Part shown: in pieces, positions 26,801 through 38,573 of the stretch
Position numbering within the stretch: position 1 is the first letter of the stretch
Layout of the letters: the number at the start of each line of letters is the position of its first letter
Assembly: GCA_904063045.1 (NCBI GenBank)
Contig: CAJFCJ010000017.1
Span: 434,001 to 498,000, forward strand
Length of the DNA: 64,000 bases
From: Dimorphilus gyrociliatus
Lineage: Eukaryota > Animalia > Annelida
Direction of reading: 5' to 3'
Made by a program: the position numbers and the translations under genes
Notes under the pieces: model-generated
Told to the model about the DNA's origin: nothing
The model's input: only the letters and a program-made list of their open reading frames with translations
Databases searched by the model: none

Positions 26801-27336
26801 GGTTGGTGTATAATTATTACCAATAGACTGACTAGGAGTCCTATAATACTTTTGCTCCTTAAAAGGAGCAGCTTGAGTCCAAGAAGCCCTCATTATTGGA
26901 GGGTGTTCACCATGTTTTTGTACCATCTAGACGACAAGTAAACATTAAATTAAAATAGGATATCAATAAATCAATACTTTGAGCAGTGAAAAGGTGACAA
27001 CTCACTTTATACAAATCGGAAGGGTGATCTCTCTCCTCCGGAGGTAATGGAGGTAAGACTGGTAGTTTCATTTTATTACTTAATAAGTTACTGGAGGAAA
27101 ATTCGGGTGTGTTTTGATCTTCTCGATTGGAGCGCAAACTCAGCATCGGTAAACCAACCTCGAAAAGTGATAACAGAAAATATCATGCATTGTCTAGTGA
27201 TCGTCTGTTAATATAAAGTTATTAAATAGTAATTTACCTCGCTTCCATGTGCTTTTTCCGGTACTGGTAAACATTTCTTCTTCCTAGCAGAACCTATGCC
27301 ATTATAGTCCTGCAAATGGGCTGCAGCTGATGACAT
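7762..27336 (-). CDS. DNAH3: Axonemal inner-arm dynein heavy chain, DNAH3 orthologue (multi-exon)
   Basis: P-loops [31 protein letters not shown]; stalk and AAA5/6 in the 3.7-kb exon; C-terminal [15 protein letters not shown]. The N-terminus ([17 protein letters not shown]...[11 protein letters not shown]...SIGNNY) resembles DNAH3 as I recall it. Likely ATG at 27336 (MSSAAAHLQ). Confidence 0.93.
13182..13310 (-). other. Candidate DNAH3 alternative exon in the AAA4-region intron ([31 protein letters not shown]|[11 protein letters not shown])
   Basis: AG at 13312-13311, then a 42-codon frame matching the phase-0 intron. It is either terminal or a cassette using a weak GT at 13217. Confidence 0.45.
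15500..15550 (-). other. Candidate 51-nt phase-2 DNAH3 cassette exon ([18 protein letters not shown])
   Basis: aaatcag|GCGCACT...AAACTACG|gtataa; matches the phase-2 intron 15189-15796; no stop. Confidence 0.6.
16358..16378 (-). other. Candidate 21-nt DNAH3 microexon (HFFDPLQ)
   Basis: atacag|CAC TTT TTT GAT CCG TTA CAG|gtttgc in the phase-0 intron 16106-16525. Confidence 0.5.
17298..18560 (-). other. Array of six candidate in-frame DNAH3 cassette exons: 18560-18519, 18374-18249, 17982-17905, 17766-17671, 17590-17540, 17345-17298
   Basis: Each is flanked by AG/GT, has a length of 42, 126, 78, 96, 51 or 48 nt, has no stop, and is phase 0 like the host intron 16884-18671. Confidence 0.7.
21707..21721 (-). 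other. Candidate 15-nt DNAH3 microexon (LPDYE)
   Basis: atatttttag|TTA CCT GAC TAT GAG|gtgaga in the phase-0 intron 21481-22213. Confidence 0.65.
21946..22113. mobile_element. Putative MITE with imperfect TIRs and internal degenerate TAACCC repeats
   Basis: gtcagaaaacttggatgagaatt versus the reverse complement of the right end, gtaagaaaactcggatgaaattt (19/23 match); no clear TSD. Confidence 0.55.
23223..23246 (-). other. Candidate 24-nt DNAH3 microexon (LSINRYGE)
   Basis: ttttttgtttcag|CTA TCA ATA AAT CGA TAC GGA GAG|gttaaa in the phase-0 intron 22923-23400. Confidence 0.6.
24249..24263 (-). other. Candidate 15-nt DNAH3 microexon (LYGKG)
   Basis: aatcag|CTA TAT GGG AAA GGT|gtaagt in the phase-0 intron 23736-24433. 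Confidence 0.6.
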
Positions 27337-27533
27337 CTTAAATTATAGCTTGACAAACTTGTCAACTTTGTACTTTCTTAATTAATAGTTTGATATCGAG
27401 TATTCCCTGTTAACGTACAATCTTTAGAATAGAAAGATTTAGTTCTTCTTAGTTATATACAGCATACTATAAGCTTTGAACCTATTAAAACTTCAATTTA
27501 TTTCAAAAATCCATTATTTATCCGGGTCTTGCT

Positions 27534-27545
27534 GTTGCCAAGGTT
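27534..27545 (-). promoter_or_regulatory. RFX X-box-like half site (CCTTGGCAAC) upstream of DNAH3
   Basis: About 200 bp upstream of the dynein ATG; RFX is the established regulator of ciliary genes. Only one half-site matches well. Confidence 0.4.
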
Positions 27546-27718
27546 GTAGATTTCTTTTCGAAATTGGCGTTAAAAATGACGAGATTTTATTTTTAATAAA
27601 TTTATCATAATAATTATATTTAAATTTTAACGATAAAATAAATATAAAATATTTTTTTACGTTTTTTATTTTTATACGAAACTGAGATCTGAAAATAGCG
27701 GAAATCGTACTCATAACA

Positions 27719-29203
27719 ATGGCGGACGCAGAGGAAGAATCCTGTGAAAACTCGACACGAAACGCCAGAAAATGTAAAGATATATCAGCATTTTTTGTGA
27801 AAAGAGATTTGAGAGCAAAGAGAAAGCAGGTACATATATGAATATTAAATAATTTGATTGTAAAGACTCTTTTTAGTAATATAATACGATGTATTGTCTG
27901 TAACTAGGCTTAGTTGTTTGTAAACAATACCATTTTTTTAAAGATTTCGGCAATTTTGAGGAAAGTGAGGGATGAAAGAACACCTGAAGAGGATAAAATA
28001 CTCACAGATCATGCCGATCTTGTACGATCCATTGAACGGAATTCAAGAGCTAGGCAACGGATGTTAAACAGAAAAGTCGAAAAATTGGACAATGAAAATG
28101 AACTAGAAGAAAAATGCGCTCAGTTAGCTTTAGCGATTAGAGACTCAAAAAATATGGTAATTTATACTGGGGCTGGGATCAGCACTGCTGCAAGTATTCC
28201 TGATTACAGAGGCCCAAATGGCGTCTGGACTAAAATTCAAAAGGGCGAGGCACCTAGAGCCTGCGATCCTTCCTTTGCTGTACCGACGTGTACTCATATG
28301 GCACTTGCTGAGCTGCATAGACGTTCGCTGATTAAGCACATAGTATCGCAGAATTGTGATGGTTTACACCTTCGATCGGGTATTCCACGCTCCAATCTAA
28401 GTGAGCTTCATGGTAATATGTTTATTGAATTATGTCCATTGTGCGGTAAAGAATACGTTCGCCTCTTTGATGTAACGGAAAAAACTTCGCTACGCAAGCA
28501 TTCTACTGGTCGTAAATGCTATTGTGGAAATGATTTAAAAGATACAATAGTTCATTTTGGTGAAAAAGGAGGTCTTGGTTCACCTCAACGCTGGCCTGAA
28601 GCTCGAGCAGCCGCTGAGAAAGCAGATTCTATACTTGTTCTCGGTTCTTCGCTCAAAGTACTAAAAAAGTACTCGTGCCTTTGGCGGACTGACAAAGCTG
28701 TTAATCAAAGGCCAAATTTGTATATTGTAAATTTGCAGTGGACACCCAAAGATGATGTTGCAAAGCTGAAAGTTCACGCTACTTGCGATGTTGTCATGAA
28801 ACTTGTAATGCAGCACCTCGGTCTTTCTATTCCTGATTACGTTCCCCAATTAGATCCTCTTTTTAAGACGGCCAAGCCTTTGAAAAGAAGCGAATTTTCA
28901 ACAACAACAAGGGTTAGCCTAATGCCCCCTCTGACACCCCTTCCCGTCGGAGGAGATCATAGTTACGCTGCTTATGGAATATACTGTCAGAATTATGACG
29001 ACGAAACAGAAGAAAAACCGGAAATAAAGGAAGAAACTATAGAAGAAACTATGGAATACGAAGAAGTAAACACGGATCCGATTAATTGTACGAAAAAAGT
29101 AACAACTCAACCAGGATGGTTTGGAAAAGGTCTAAAAAAGCAGACGACTTATGGTTTATTCGGTAAAAGGAAGAGAAGAAAATTGATTACTGTTGCTACG
29201 TAA
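27719..29203 (+). CDS. SIRT7: NAD-dependent deacylase sirtuin 7; exons 27719-27829, 27944-29203
   Basis: GAGISTAASIPDYRGPNGVW, SQNCDGLHLRSG, HG plus zinc-binding Cys residues, VNLQWTPKDD (class IV sirtuin, SIRT7-like); basic C-terminus KRKRRK. Confidence 0.92.
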
Positions 29204-29508
29204 AAAACAGATCTTTTTATGATGATAATTCAACTATTATGTAGTTTTTTTTTCGGGGGAGGGAAACATTATTTTTTCTCTATTAATATTGGGAAATTGC
29301 CTTTTTTTTGGGGAGAAAGATATATTTAATACAGCTGTGCTTTTAGCAATATTTACATATTTATTTATATAAAATCCTCTTCTCACACAATAGAAAAATG
29401 AGCCATATGGCTTATTTTTAAAAAAGATGGCTTTTTCAAGAGTTTCTATTCCGTAAAACTGGACGAAGTTTATAATGTAGTGTGTTGGAAATGGAATAAA
29501 AAAAAATA

Positions 29509-29609
29509 TGGCAGCGGTGGGATTCGAACCCACGCCTCAATGAGACTGGTGTGCTTACTGTTAGTAACAGTCCTAAAACCAGCGCCTTAGACCGCTCGGC
29601 CACGCTACC
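29509..29609 (-). tRNA. tRNA-Leu(TAG) with a 20-nt intron (29552-29571)
   Basis: GGTAGCGTGGCCGAGCGGTCTAAGGCGCTGGT-TTTAGG-[intron]-CACCAG...GTTCGAATCCCACCGCTGCCA; oligo-T terminator downstream. Confidence 0.93.
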
Positions 29610-29687
29610 TCGTACTAAGCAGTGTGCTAAATAAAATAATAACGTGTGATGCACTAGTGAACAATAACAAAATATTCGCAAAAAATG

Positions 29688-29788
29688 TGGCAGCGGTGGG
29701 ATTCGAACCCACGCCTCCGAGGAGACTGGTGTGCTAATCGTTAAACTCGACCTTAAACCAGCGCCTTAGACCGCTCGGCCACGCTACC
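29688..29788 (-). tRNA. tRNA-Leu(AAG) with a 19-nt intron (29732-29750)
   Basis: Same body as the neighbouring tRNA, anticodon loop TTAAGG-[intron]-C; TTTTT terminator. Confidence 0.93.
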
Positions 29789-30250
29789 GTATACATCCTA
29801 GCCTTCGAATAATTCTATATGACCAAGCCTGTTCACAATTTCATAAGCCAATTTAATAATACAATTTATCTATGTAATTAAGCACTTTCCAGTCAAAACA
29901 ATTTTTTGTTATTTAGTAAATTTTATGACAAAGCCGGAATCGTTTAACTGAAATGGCGAAACAATCCTTTTTAACGACCAAGTATTCAAGTAAACGCTAA
30001 AAAAAAACTTGTATTAACCTATTTACATGTCATTATTAGACTTTGTTCTGTTTTATTTTTTAAAAGATCTTTATACTTATAACAGAAGAAAACTAAAATA
30101 GCCAAACGTTAAAATATAATAGCTTAAAGAGCATATTGCACATTGAACCTCGATTCGAAAGTTTACGAGCTGACAGATGGCGCCATTTTGTTATTAACTG
30201 GTATGCACCATATTGCAAGCTAGAACCAAACTCCGTTTTGCTGAAGTAAT

Positions 30251-31895
30251 ATGCTTCTATCTAACATATGCCTAGTATCCAACATTATATTTTTGGCTTT
30301 TTATCCAAGCAATGGTGCTAGTCTAAAGAAAGTTATTGTTGTGAGTTAATAAATTTCCATATTTGTCAGGGCTCTATAGGTCCCAAATAGTTCTAAGCTC
30401 AATTTCCTTCCTAGGTGTTTAGACATGGGGATCGTAGCCCTATTGGAACGTATAAGAATGATCCATATATAACGGAAGAGTATTGGCCACAAGGATTGCT
30501 ACAATTAACTCAAGTTAGTAATTTCTAAATAAACAAAAACTTTATATATTAATAATAATATACCATTATATAATATAATATCATACTATTCCAAGTATAA
30601 ACACACATATTAAAGACGTTTACTTTCACACAGAAAGGAATGTATCAAGAATACAATCTTGGGAAGTTTCTGAAGAAACGATACATGATGAACGAAAACC
30701 TATTGAACTCTACGTACAAGAAAAGTGAGGTATAGGAAAAAATTTTAATATTTGACATTCACAAACTGATTATATTAAATATTTGTCTGAATAGATCTTT
30801 GTAGAAAGTACTGATACGGATCGTACGTTAATGTCTGCACAAAGCGTTTTGAATGGCCTTTATCCACCAGTTGGAAATCAAATATGGCGTAAGGGTCTAG
30901 ATTGGCAACCCATACCCGTTCATACAACAACGTATGATTTGATATTAGGAGATTATGAGTGTAAAGCATTAGCAGATGCTATTAGTGAGACTAGAAAGTC
31001 GAAAAATTTTACAGAAACAACTAAAATGTATAAGGTAGAATTTCATAGACAATTGGTATTTTGTTATACAGTTTATTGATTTATTTATCCTTTATAATTA
31101 GAAATTTATCAACAAAATTAACACCAACACTGGAGAGAACTATAAAACGATTGAAGATATTTCTCCCTTTTGTGATAATGCTTTTTGTAATGTAAGTTCT
31201 CATTCTCCTTTAATTTCTTTTTAGTATATTTTAATATGTTAATCATATTTAAAAATTAGAGTCAACATAACAACACGCTTAAGTGGCTGAGTCACGAAGA
31301 ACTTGAAAAATGTACAGATTTTGTTCCAGCTTACGACGGTTGGTTTCAAAGAGGTTCTGAAAAGAAGGCAAAGTATGGTTTGGGATTTTTTTTCGCCAAC
31401 ATGTCTGAACTCTTTCACAATGCTAAAGATCATAAAATTCAAAGAAAGTTAACTTTATTCTCTGCTCATGACACAACTATTATTTCATTTTTCTATGGTT
31501 TGGGTGCGAAATTCGTAGCTCAACCAACTTATTCCTCTGCTGTTATGACTGAATTATGGCAGGACAAAAATGAATGGCAAATTAAATTAGCTTATAGGAC
31601 TTTGTCAAAAGACGGCAAGGAAATAGTTAAACCTGTAAAGGTTAAAGGTTGCAGCAATAGTGAATTTTGTTCATTCGACGAATTTATGAAAATAATAGAT
31701 AAAGTAAAGCTTACCAGAGATGAATATAACGACGCTTGTGTGGAAACAGAGGTGAAGAAATTGTCGGTAGCAACTATTATAGCTATTGTTGCTTCAATCA
31801 TTATTTGTTTACTAGCATCATTTTTAGTCCTATCATGGCTAAGAAGGAAATCTTCTCCTACCCCGTTTTATACTGCAATTCATAGAGGCAGTTAA
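30251..31895 (+). CDS. Lysosomal/prostatic-type histidine acid phosphatase (multi-exon)
   Basis: Signal peptide, RHGDRSP motif, [11 protein letters not shown], catalytic HD in SAHDTT, C-terminal TM helix and YTAI (YxxPhi) sorting motif; ACP2-like. Confidence 0.9.
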
Positions 31896-32043
31896 ATGGT
31901 TTAAATATATTATTTATTGAGAATTTTGTTTTTATAAGCAAGTATAATTATTTTTTTACAAACTACTGTAAAGATAGAAAGACGAAGAAGGAAGCGTGTT
32001 TTTCTCAAAATCAAATGTGAATATTAATTAAAAAAAACAGATG

Positions 32044-32240
32044 CGACAGAAAACGTTCTCAAATTCATGGTTTTACCATTACCCTAACCTAGCCCTTGTC
32101 TCTCTCTAACCTCTTTGATTACGCCTAACCCTTAGATGAAACCCTCCTAACTACAAATCAATAGCTACTTTACTGCTGCTAACCACTTTTCAATCCGAAA
32201 TGTTGATTTCAAATATTTCACTTGGGGATGTTTTCTGTCG
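32044..32240. mobile_element. Putative MITE with 11-bp perfect TIRs and internal telomere-like CCCTAA repeats
   Basis: cgacagaaaac (32044-32054) and gttttctgtcg (32230-32240); internal accctaacctagccct and cctaaccctta. Confidence 0.6.
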
Positions 32241-32985
32241 ATAATCATTTTAATTCTAGATTTTTCTCCCATATCTTTATCTTTATAGGAGATTAAAATG
32301 CAAGTGGAATATATAGTATATACTTTGGACTATTTAGACAGTATGTATACACTATGCTGTATATGCTCTAGATACTTCTTTTTACAGTTATTAGTACTAT
32401 ATCTTAGTCATACGAATTTAGAGAAAAATCTAAAAGAAATTACATGAATTGTAAATACTAAAAAGACAACAAGAGATATTTTCTAAGAACCAGTGTAATT
32501 ATTAAACATATTTTTACTACTCGAAAGGTATAGGCTTATTGTTTTCTCGCTTGCAGGCCTGCATCGATGACTATGTTAATAGTGATAGTATACCAATTAG
32601 ATTTTTTGTTAAAATTAGAACAGACATTAAAAATATATGAAACTAGGCATTCTCTATAACCTGGTCAAATTTTTTGCCTATTACTCTTAAAAAAACACCT
32701 TTAAAGAACAGAAAACCATAGGTTATGAAAAATTTCTATGGCCGCTGTATATATATATATTATAAATCTATATAAAAAATTATCCAACTATTTTACTGCG
32801 TTTTTGTTACTTTTGTTTTGTAAATTAAAGTTTTTTTTATTGTGTTGTAAACTACAATGCTATTTTGAAGTGTTTATCGCCAAGTTTTCTCATCTTTCCA
32901 TTGTTTTATTGAGTATATCTTAGAGTATAAAGTTTCACTTCTATTCGGATCCTTTTTCGTATATGTTGGATTATTTTAGATTATA

Positions 32986-35900
32986 ATGCTTAGAAAACGT
33001 CTAATACAATTTCTATCAAAAGAGAAACTTTACCTAATTGATGAGAACTCTTACACGAAAGATCTGGAAGAAAAATTATCGAAGCAAGGAATAGTAATAG
33101 ATGAGAAAAATGGAATTTGGTTTGTTAATATTCCAGAAAACTACCAAGAGAGTAAGATAAGGGATTTAATTAATAATTTTAATACGCTCTATGACGAGGG
33201 AGTAGAGGATATGAAACTAAATACTATAGCTGGAGTAGAAATTGCAAAACGATATTTAATTGTTAATAAGCAGCCAAAACTGAGATGGGAATTGAACAAT
33301 GATACTTTCACATTTAAAGGACCTTTAGCTTTCATATTAAATACAAAAATAAAAATATGTGAATTAGTATTCTATTCATTAAAATCTCCTATAATTCTTG
33401 ATAAATCAAACTTTGAGAAAAAGGTTTGTGCAATTTGTTTCAGATAGAAAGAGTGGTAAAAAAATACCTTTCAGATTATTCTAAAACTATTCCACCGACA
33501 AAGTTTCATTGATTTTTTATACAAAACGGCTTTTCCTGATAAATGTTTCTACATTGACACAAAATGGACCATACCAGTTATCTACAATTCCAAAGCTGAA
33601 GATACTAATTTAATGATTAATTGGTTCAATAGAAATTTAACTGTCCATATCGAAGATCAAACTGAGAATATTCACGAATTTTTGTCATTTAAATCTAATT
33701 ATAGAATATTTGACAAACTTTTAAATAGCTATCCAATAATCATTCAAATATGGAATATTGAGAATCCCAAAATAATTATTGGAGGATATAATGAACATAC
33801 AAATTTGGTTAAAAATGAACTATTGATATTTTTGAAAGATAATATTTACGTTCAAGAGAGTGTACAATATCCTGTAGAAAAATTACTCTTGATTGAAAAT
33901 GCTTTCGAAACTATTATACCATCGGCAATTTCAATTGATCACTCCAATAACTTCATTGAATTCAACGGTAAAGGTAGATTAATTGAAAGGTTAAAATGTG
34001 ATATCAGAGAATTTTGTAAAGGTATATAATAACCATTATAAAAGATAGTGTCAAACTTGATATTTATTTAATTTGAACAGGCATCCATTCAAGACAGAAA
34101 AGAATTGATAATATTAAATTTGCAAATTTTATCCTAAAGAAAGATCTGAATTGTTTGAATACGCTAAAAAATGGCGATATAGTATCTTTGAAACTTATCG
34201 ATGGTAATTTGCACAAAATTCGTCCAATATTCATTAATAATTGCTTACTGAGAGAGGATCGACAACGAATACTAAACGGAGTAACTATAGATCAAGGTCT
34301 AGAAAGGGGTATGAAGATTGTAAAAGGTTCAATAAAGGATCAACAAGTTGACGTCATCGTTAATCAAATCTTTCATGACGGAAGTAAAAGTATTGATCCA
34401 ACAGTTGATGAGTTAATAGGGAAGGACCAACTACTAAAGTTGAAAACTCAAAAAGCGGATGCTCAGAAATATAATATCGTTGAAACAGAATCAGGGAATT
34501 TGAAGAATACAAAGAAAATATATCACGTTTCAGTACCACCAGAGGATGATAATCATAGGGCTTTTACCAATATAGTTAAATCTATTTTTGATAAAGCAGA
34601 ATATGAGAAAATGGAATCAATAGCAATTCCATGTTTAGGAGTTGTTAAAACGAATTATCCAAAAGATATCGTTGCTTTCGTCTTGATTAGTGAAACGATA
34701 AAATTTCTAGAAAGTTCCAAAGTAAAATACTTAGGAACGATTGTATTTCCAATTTCGGATAATGAAATGTTTAAAATATTTATTAATGAATACCTCAAAA
34801 TCAAACTTAATAATGCAAAATCGAGAATAGTTGATGCTTCTACTCCGATTCAGGAAAATTATAAATGGGACTTTGGAGATTTACAATATACGGTTTCCAG
34901 GGGAAATATTCTGGAATATTATGCTGATGGTATTATTAATACCATTGGTAATTCGAATATTCTCAATTCAAATGGTAAACTTTCCAACGAACTGGAAATA
35001 CAAGGAGGTGAAGAGTATAAAAAAATTTGCAGGAAAATTGCTCCTGTTGAAAATGTTCAAATAATGCCTTCGACCGGTAACATTAAGCCTAAATACGTAA
35101 TTCACATTATGGCCCCTCGTATACCCACAAAGGAAGCGTGGATAGATAGAATAGCTTCTGCGTTTCTTCTTGCTGATAACATGAAATTGGTATCCATCGT
35201 TATACCAGCCTTTGGAACTGGACATTGCGGTAACCAAGGAGACGACATGGCTATAATTACGATGGAAGCAATTGAATTATTTTGTAAACATAATCCTAAA
35301 TCAGTTAAGCAAATAAACGTCGTTATCTTCCAAGAAAGCCTATTTCCTATATACAAGAAATGGAGTAGGCAAATTAAACAAGGTGACTTTTTTCAAGTTA
35401 ATTTTACATTACAATTATAATTAATTTTTGCATTAAAACATAAACAGGTCAAAAACTACAGTAAGTACAATTAGATAGGGAAAAAAAATTCAATGTCAGA
35501 ATAATAGGGGGAGTAGTTTAATTCTTTTTATTACATAAAGTTTCCCTTATACTGTATAGTTTTGTATCTTTACTAGGCCAATAACAACTTTTACACCTAT
35601 AACTTTACAAGTGAATTCAACTAATGAAATTGCAATTAATAAATTTTGGAAAGAGACCTTTAACGATTACGAATTGTCTATGTCATCGAAAATATTTGAT
35701 GTACCTCAACATTTAAATAAAAAGGTGATAAAGGATTTAATTGGTAATCACAAAACAATTGAATACAGAGAAACTGGAGGAGAAGTAGAATTATTCGGTG
35801 ATGAAGAAGAAATAAAGTACTTTGAGGAATATCTGAATCATCTATCAGAGAAGATAGCTGATGACTTCAATGAAAAATTCATAGAGAGGAGAATAAAATG

Positions 35901-36687
35901 GTATGTTTGGTATGAAAATAGAAGAAATGAATATAGTTCAAGGTTGAATTGCCTAATTGAACAAGCATATAAAAGATATTTAGATAATGGCATAGTTAAG
36001 AATGAGACAAGATTCTTTAGATTTATACAAGAAGGCAAAGTATTCTATATCGATTTTGAATATCTAATAGAAATTGACGAGAATAATGAAGTTTTTACTG
36101 TTAAAAGAGGTCAAATAAACGATATACCTGAAGAGTGGGTTGAACCGTTCGAAAGCAATAGAGAGATATCTTTAGACTTTTCAGAAAAGGAGTACAAAAA
36201 TGTTCAATCAAGAATAGGAAAGAATCTTCGCTTTTCGTTTCGTAAAAAGATCAATGACCTAAAAATTAATCGATATCAAAACCTAGAAATGTGGAAAATC
36301 TATAGTCAACATAGAAATTTTATCAAAAAGAAACTTGGACAAGATAAAATAGAGCAGGAATTATTTTATATTGCTAATAAAACTGATATTCATGAAATTT
36401 TAAAATATGGCTTCAATAGAAATAGAATAAATCGAGATTCTCGTATAAATAATGGTATTACTTTCCATCTAAATTTACAATTGTTGGATAATAATGATAT
36501 TAAGGATGAGATTTATGTTATTTTAAGTAAAGTTATTGTTGGACGTATGATTATTAGAACAGACAGAAACCAAATACCTTTGCCTGAAGAGACATTTGTT
36601 GATAGGAGACACGAACCAAGAGAATTTACCATCGTTCATGATGATGCTGCATATCCTTATTTCGTAATCAAGTTTAAAATTGTATAG
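32986..36687 (+). CDS. PARP14/PARP9-like protein (2 macrodomains, WWE, degenerate PARP domain); exons 32986-33423, 33475-34021, 34081-35382, 35612-36687
   Basis: Macro motifs KGSIKDQQVDVIVN/SIAIPCLG and RGNILEYYADGIINT/SIVIPAFGTG; WWE-like KWYVWYENRRNEY; PARP-like C-terminus AAYPYFVIKF. The spliced CDS is 3363 nt and open. Confidence 0.82.
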
Positions 36688-37193
36688 CTACTTAACAAAT
36701 TTTTGTGAGAGTATTATGCAATAAATTCAAACATTCTATATATTTATTAATATATATATACAGTATATACAATATAAAAACAAAGAGTTGGAGAGATAAA
36801 AGATAAAAAATGAACGCTTTTAATAAAAATGAATATCCAAAATAATTTATATTAGTATTCTTTTTAGTCTGGTTGTTATAAGCTGGAATATTCTTATTAT
36901 GTTTCTAAAAGAAAATAATGTTCTTTTTAAAATTAAACTGGTTCGGGGTTGAATATTTTATACTTTTACTCCAATTCTTTTAAATATATCTCCTTTTTTT
37001 CTGTGAATTGGTAACAAACATATAATTTACTATTGTACTTTTAAAGAACAAACACGTTTTTTTATATAAATGCATATTAGATCATATTTATGAAATAGTT
37101 ATATCATATTATTTCTCCAAAATTTTTAAAAACTTTATAATCAAATGGTCTATAAATAAAGTAACCTATTATCGTTCACTAGAATCCTGAAAA

Positions 37194-38573
37194 ATGCGTA
37201 TTCTATCGGCTCTTCGTTCTCAAGCTCTTGTCTCTTCGCAATGGTTGCAAAATAATTTGCTGAATAAACAATTAAGAGTACTTGACGCTACATGGACACT
37301 TAAGGCTGATGGATATGAGAAATATTGCCAGTAAGTTTGAATGGACTTTGAGGTCAAATGCAAAAGCAGTTTCTTTTCGTGATTTCTTTTTATTTATATT
37401 TATCAGGAAGCATATCCCCAATGCTGGACATTTTGACCTTAATGAATGTGCTACTCCTCATCAGTATAGACCTAATAATCTTCCAGTATTAAAACAGTTT
37501 AAAGAATACCTACAGTCTCTGGGTATAAATTCTGACACCCATGTTATATTTTATGATCAACTGGGATCAGTAGCAGCCAGTCGAGCATGGTCAACTCTTC
37601 GAGTAATTTATTAGATCTTAATTACAATTGAAACTTATATCTTGTATAATTAGTTTTATTATTCATCAAATTAGCTAATGGGTCATTCAAATTGTTCTAT
37701 TCTTAATGGCGGAATTCAGAGTTGGGAAGAGGATGGTTGCGAAACTGCAAGCGGAAGTGCACAGCCTGCAGCCGATGTATATTATAATACTTTATCATAA
37801 ATGCTATGTTAATCACTGACTCTTTCAATATTTTATATAAGAAAGTGTTGTTGTTATTTTTTCGGTACAGAAAGGAGATTTTGAGCTAAATTTTAATAGA
37901 AGTTTATTTAAAGATTTCTATGATATTATTGAAAATATTGAAAAGAAACAGTTTACCCTTATCGACGGAAGAAGAGAAGATAATTTCTTAGGAAAAGAAG
38001 AAGAGCCAACTCCTTGTAAGATTGTTATTTTTTTTTAGGTTTTGTTTGTAGAAGGAATGAAATTTTCTATATAATAAATGCTTTATACAGCTACTATTAA
38101 CGCTTTGAAAGCGAAAAACTTTAAAGTTCCCGAAGTTATTGCACGTGGTCACGTCCCTAATTCAATCAATTTGTTTGCTTTTGATGTTATCAATCGAGAA
38201 AATGGAAAGTTTAAGGAAAAGGAGGAAGTTGAGGATAGTAAGTCAAAATATAAATATTGAAATTGACTAAATTTTAAGATTAAAAAGCTTTATCTCAATT
38301 CTCTTCCCTTGTTATCAACTAGTTTTCGAAGATAGAGGTGTCGACTTATCAAACAATTTAGCTAGTATGTGTTACACTGGAAATTCTGCTTGCTTATTGG
38401 CGGTAGCAGCTCATACTATCGGTAAAGAAGACGTAGCTGTTTATTATGTAAGCAATTTAAAACGGAAACAATTACTGTTCTAAGATTAATTTTCCCTCTG
38501 TTTTCCACCTCAGGGTTCTTGGACCGAGTACGCACAAAGAGCAAGAAAAGATCAAGTTACTCTCGTTAAATAA
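37194..38573 (+). CDS. Tandem-rhodanese sulfurtransferase (MPST/TST-like, multi-exon)
   Basis: VLDATW, HIPNAGHFDL, LIDGRR, RGHVPNSINL, active-site loop CYTGNSAC, C-terminal YYGSWTEY. Confidence 0.88.

Noticed and set aside
27719-36687. Sirtuin near a macrodomain gene (SirTM-like pairing)
   Set aside because: This is a class IV SIRT7 and a PARP14-like gene separated by tRNAs and a phosphatase, so probably chance adjacency.
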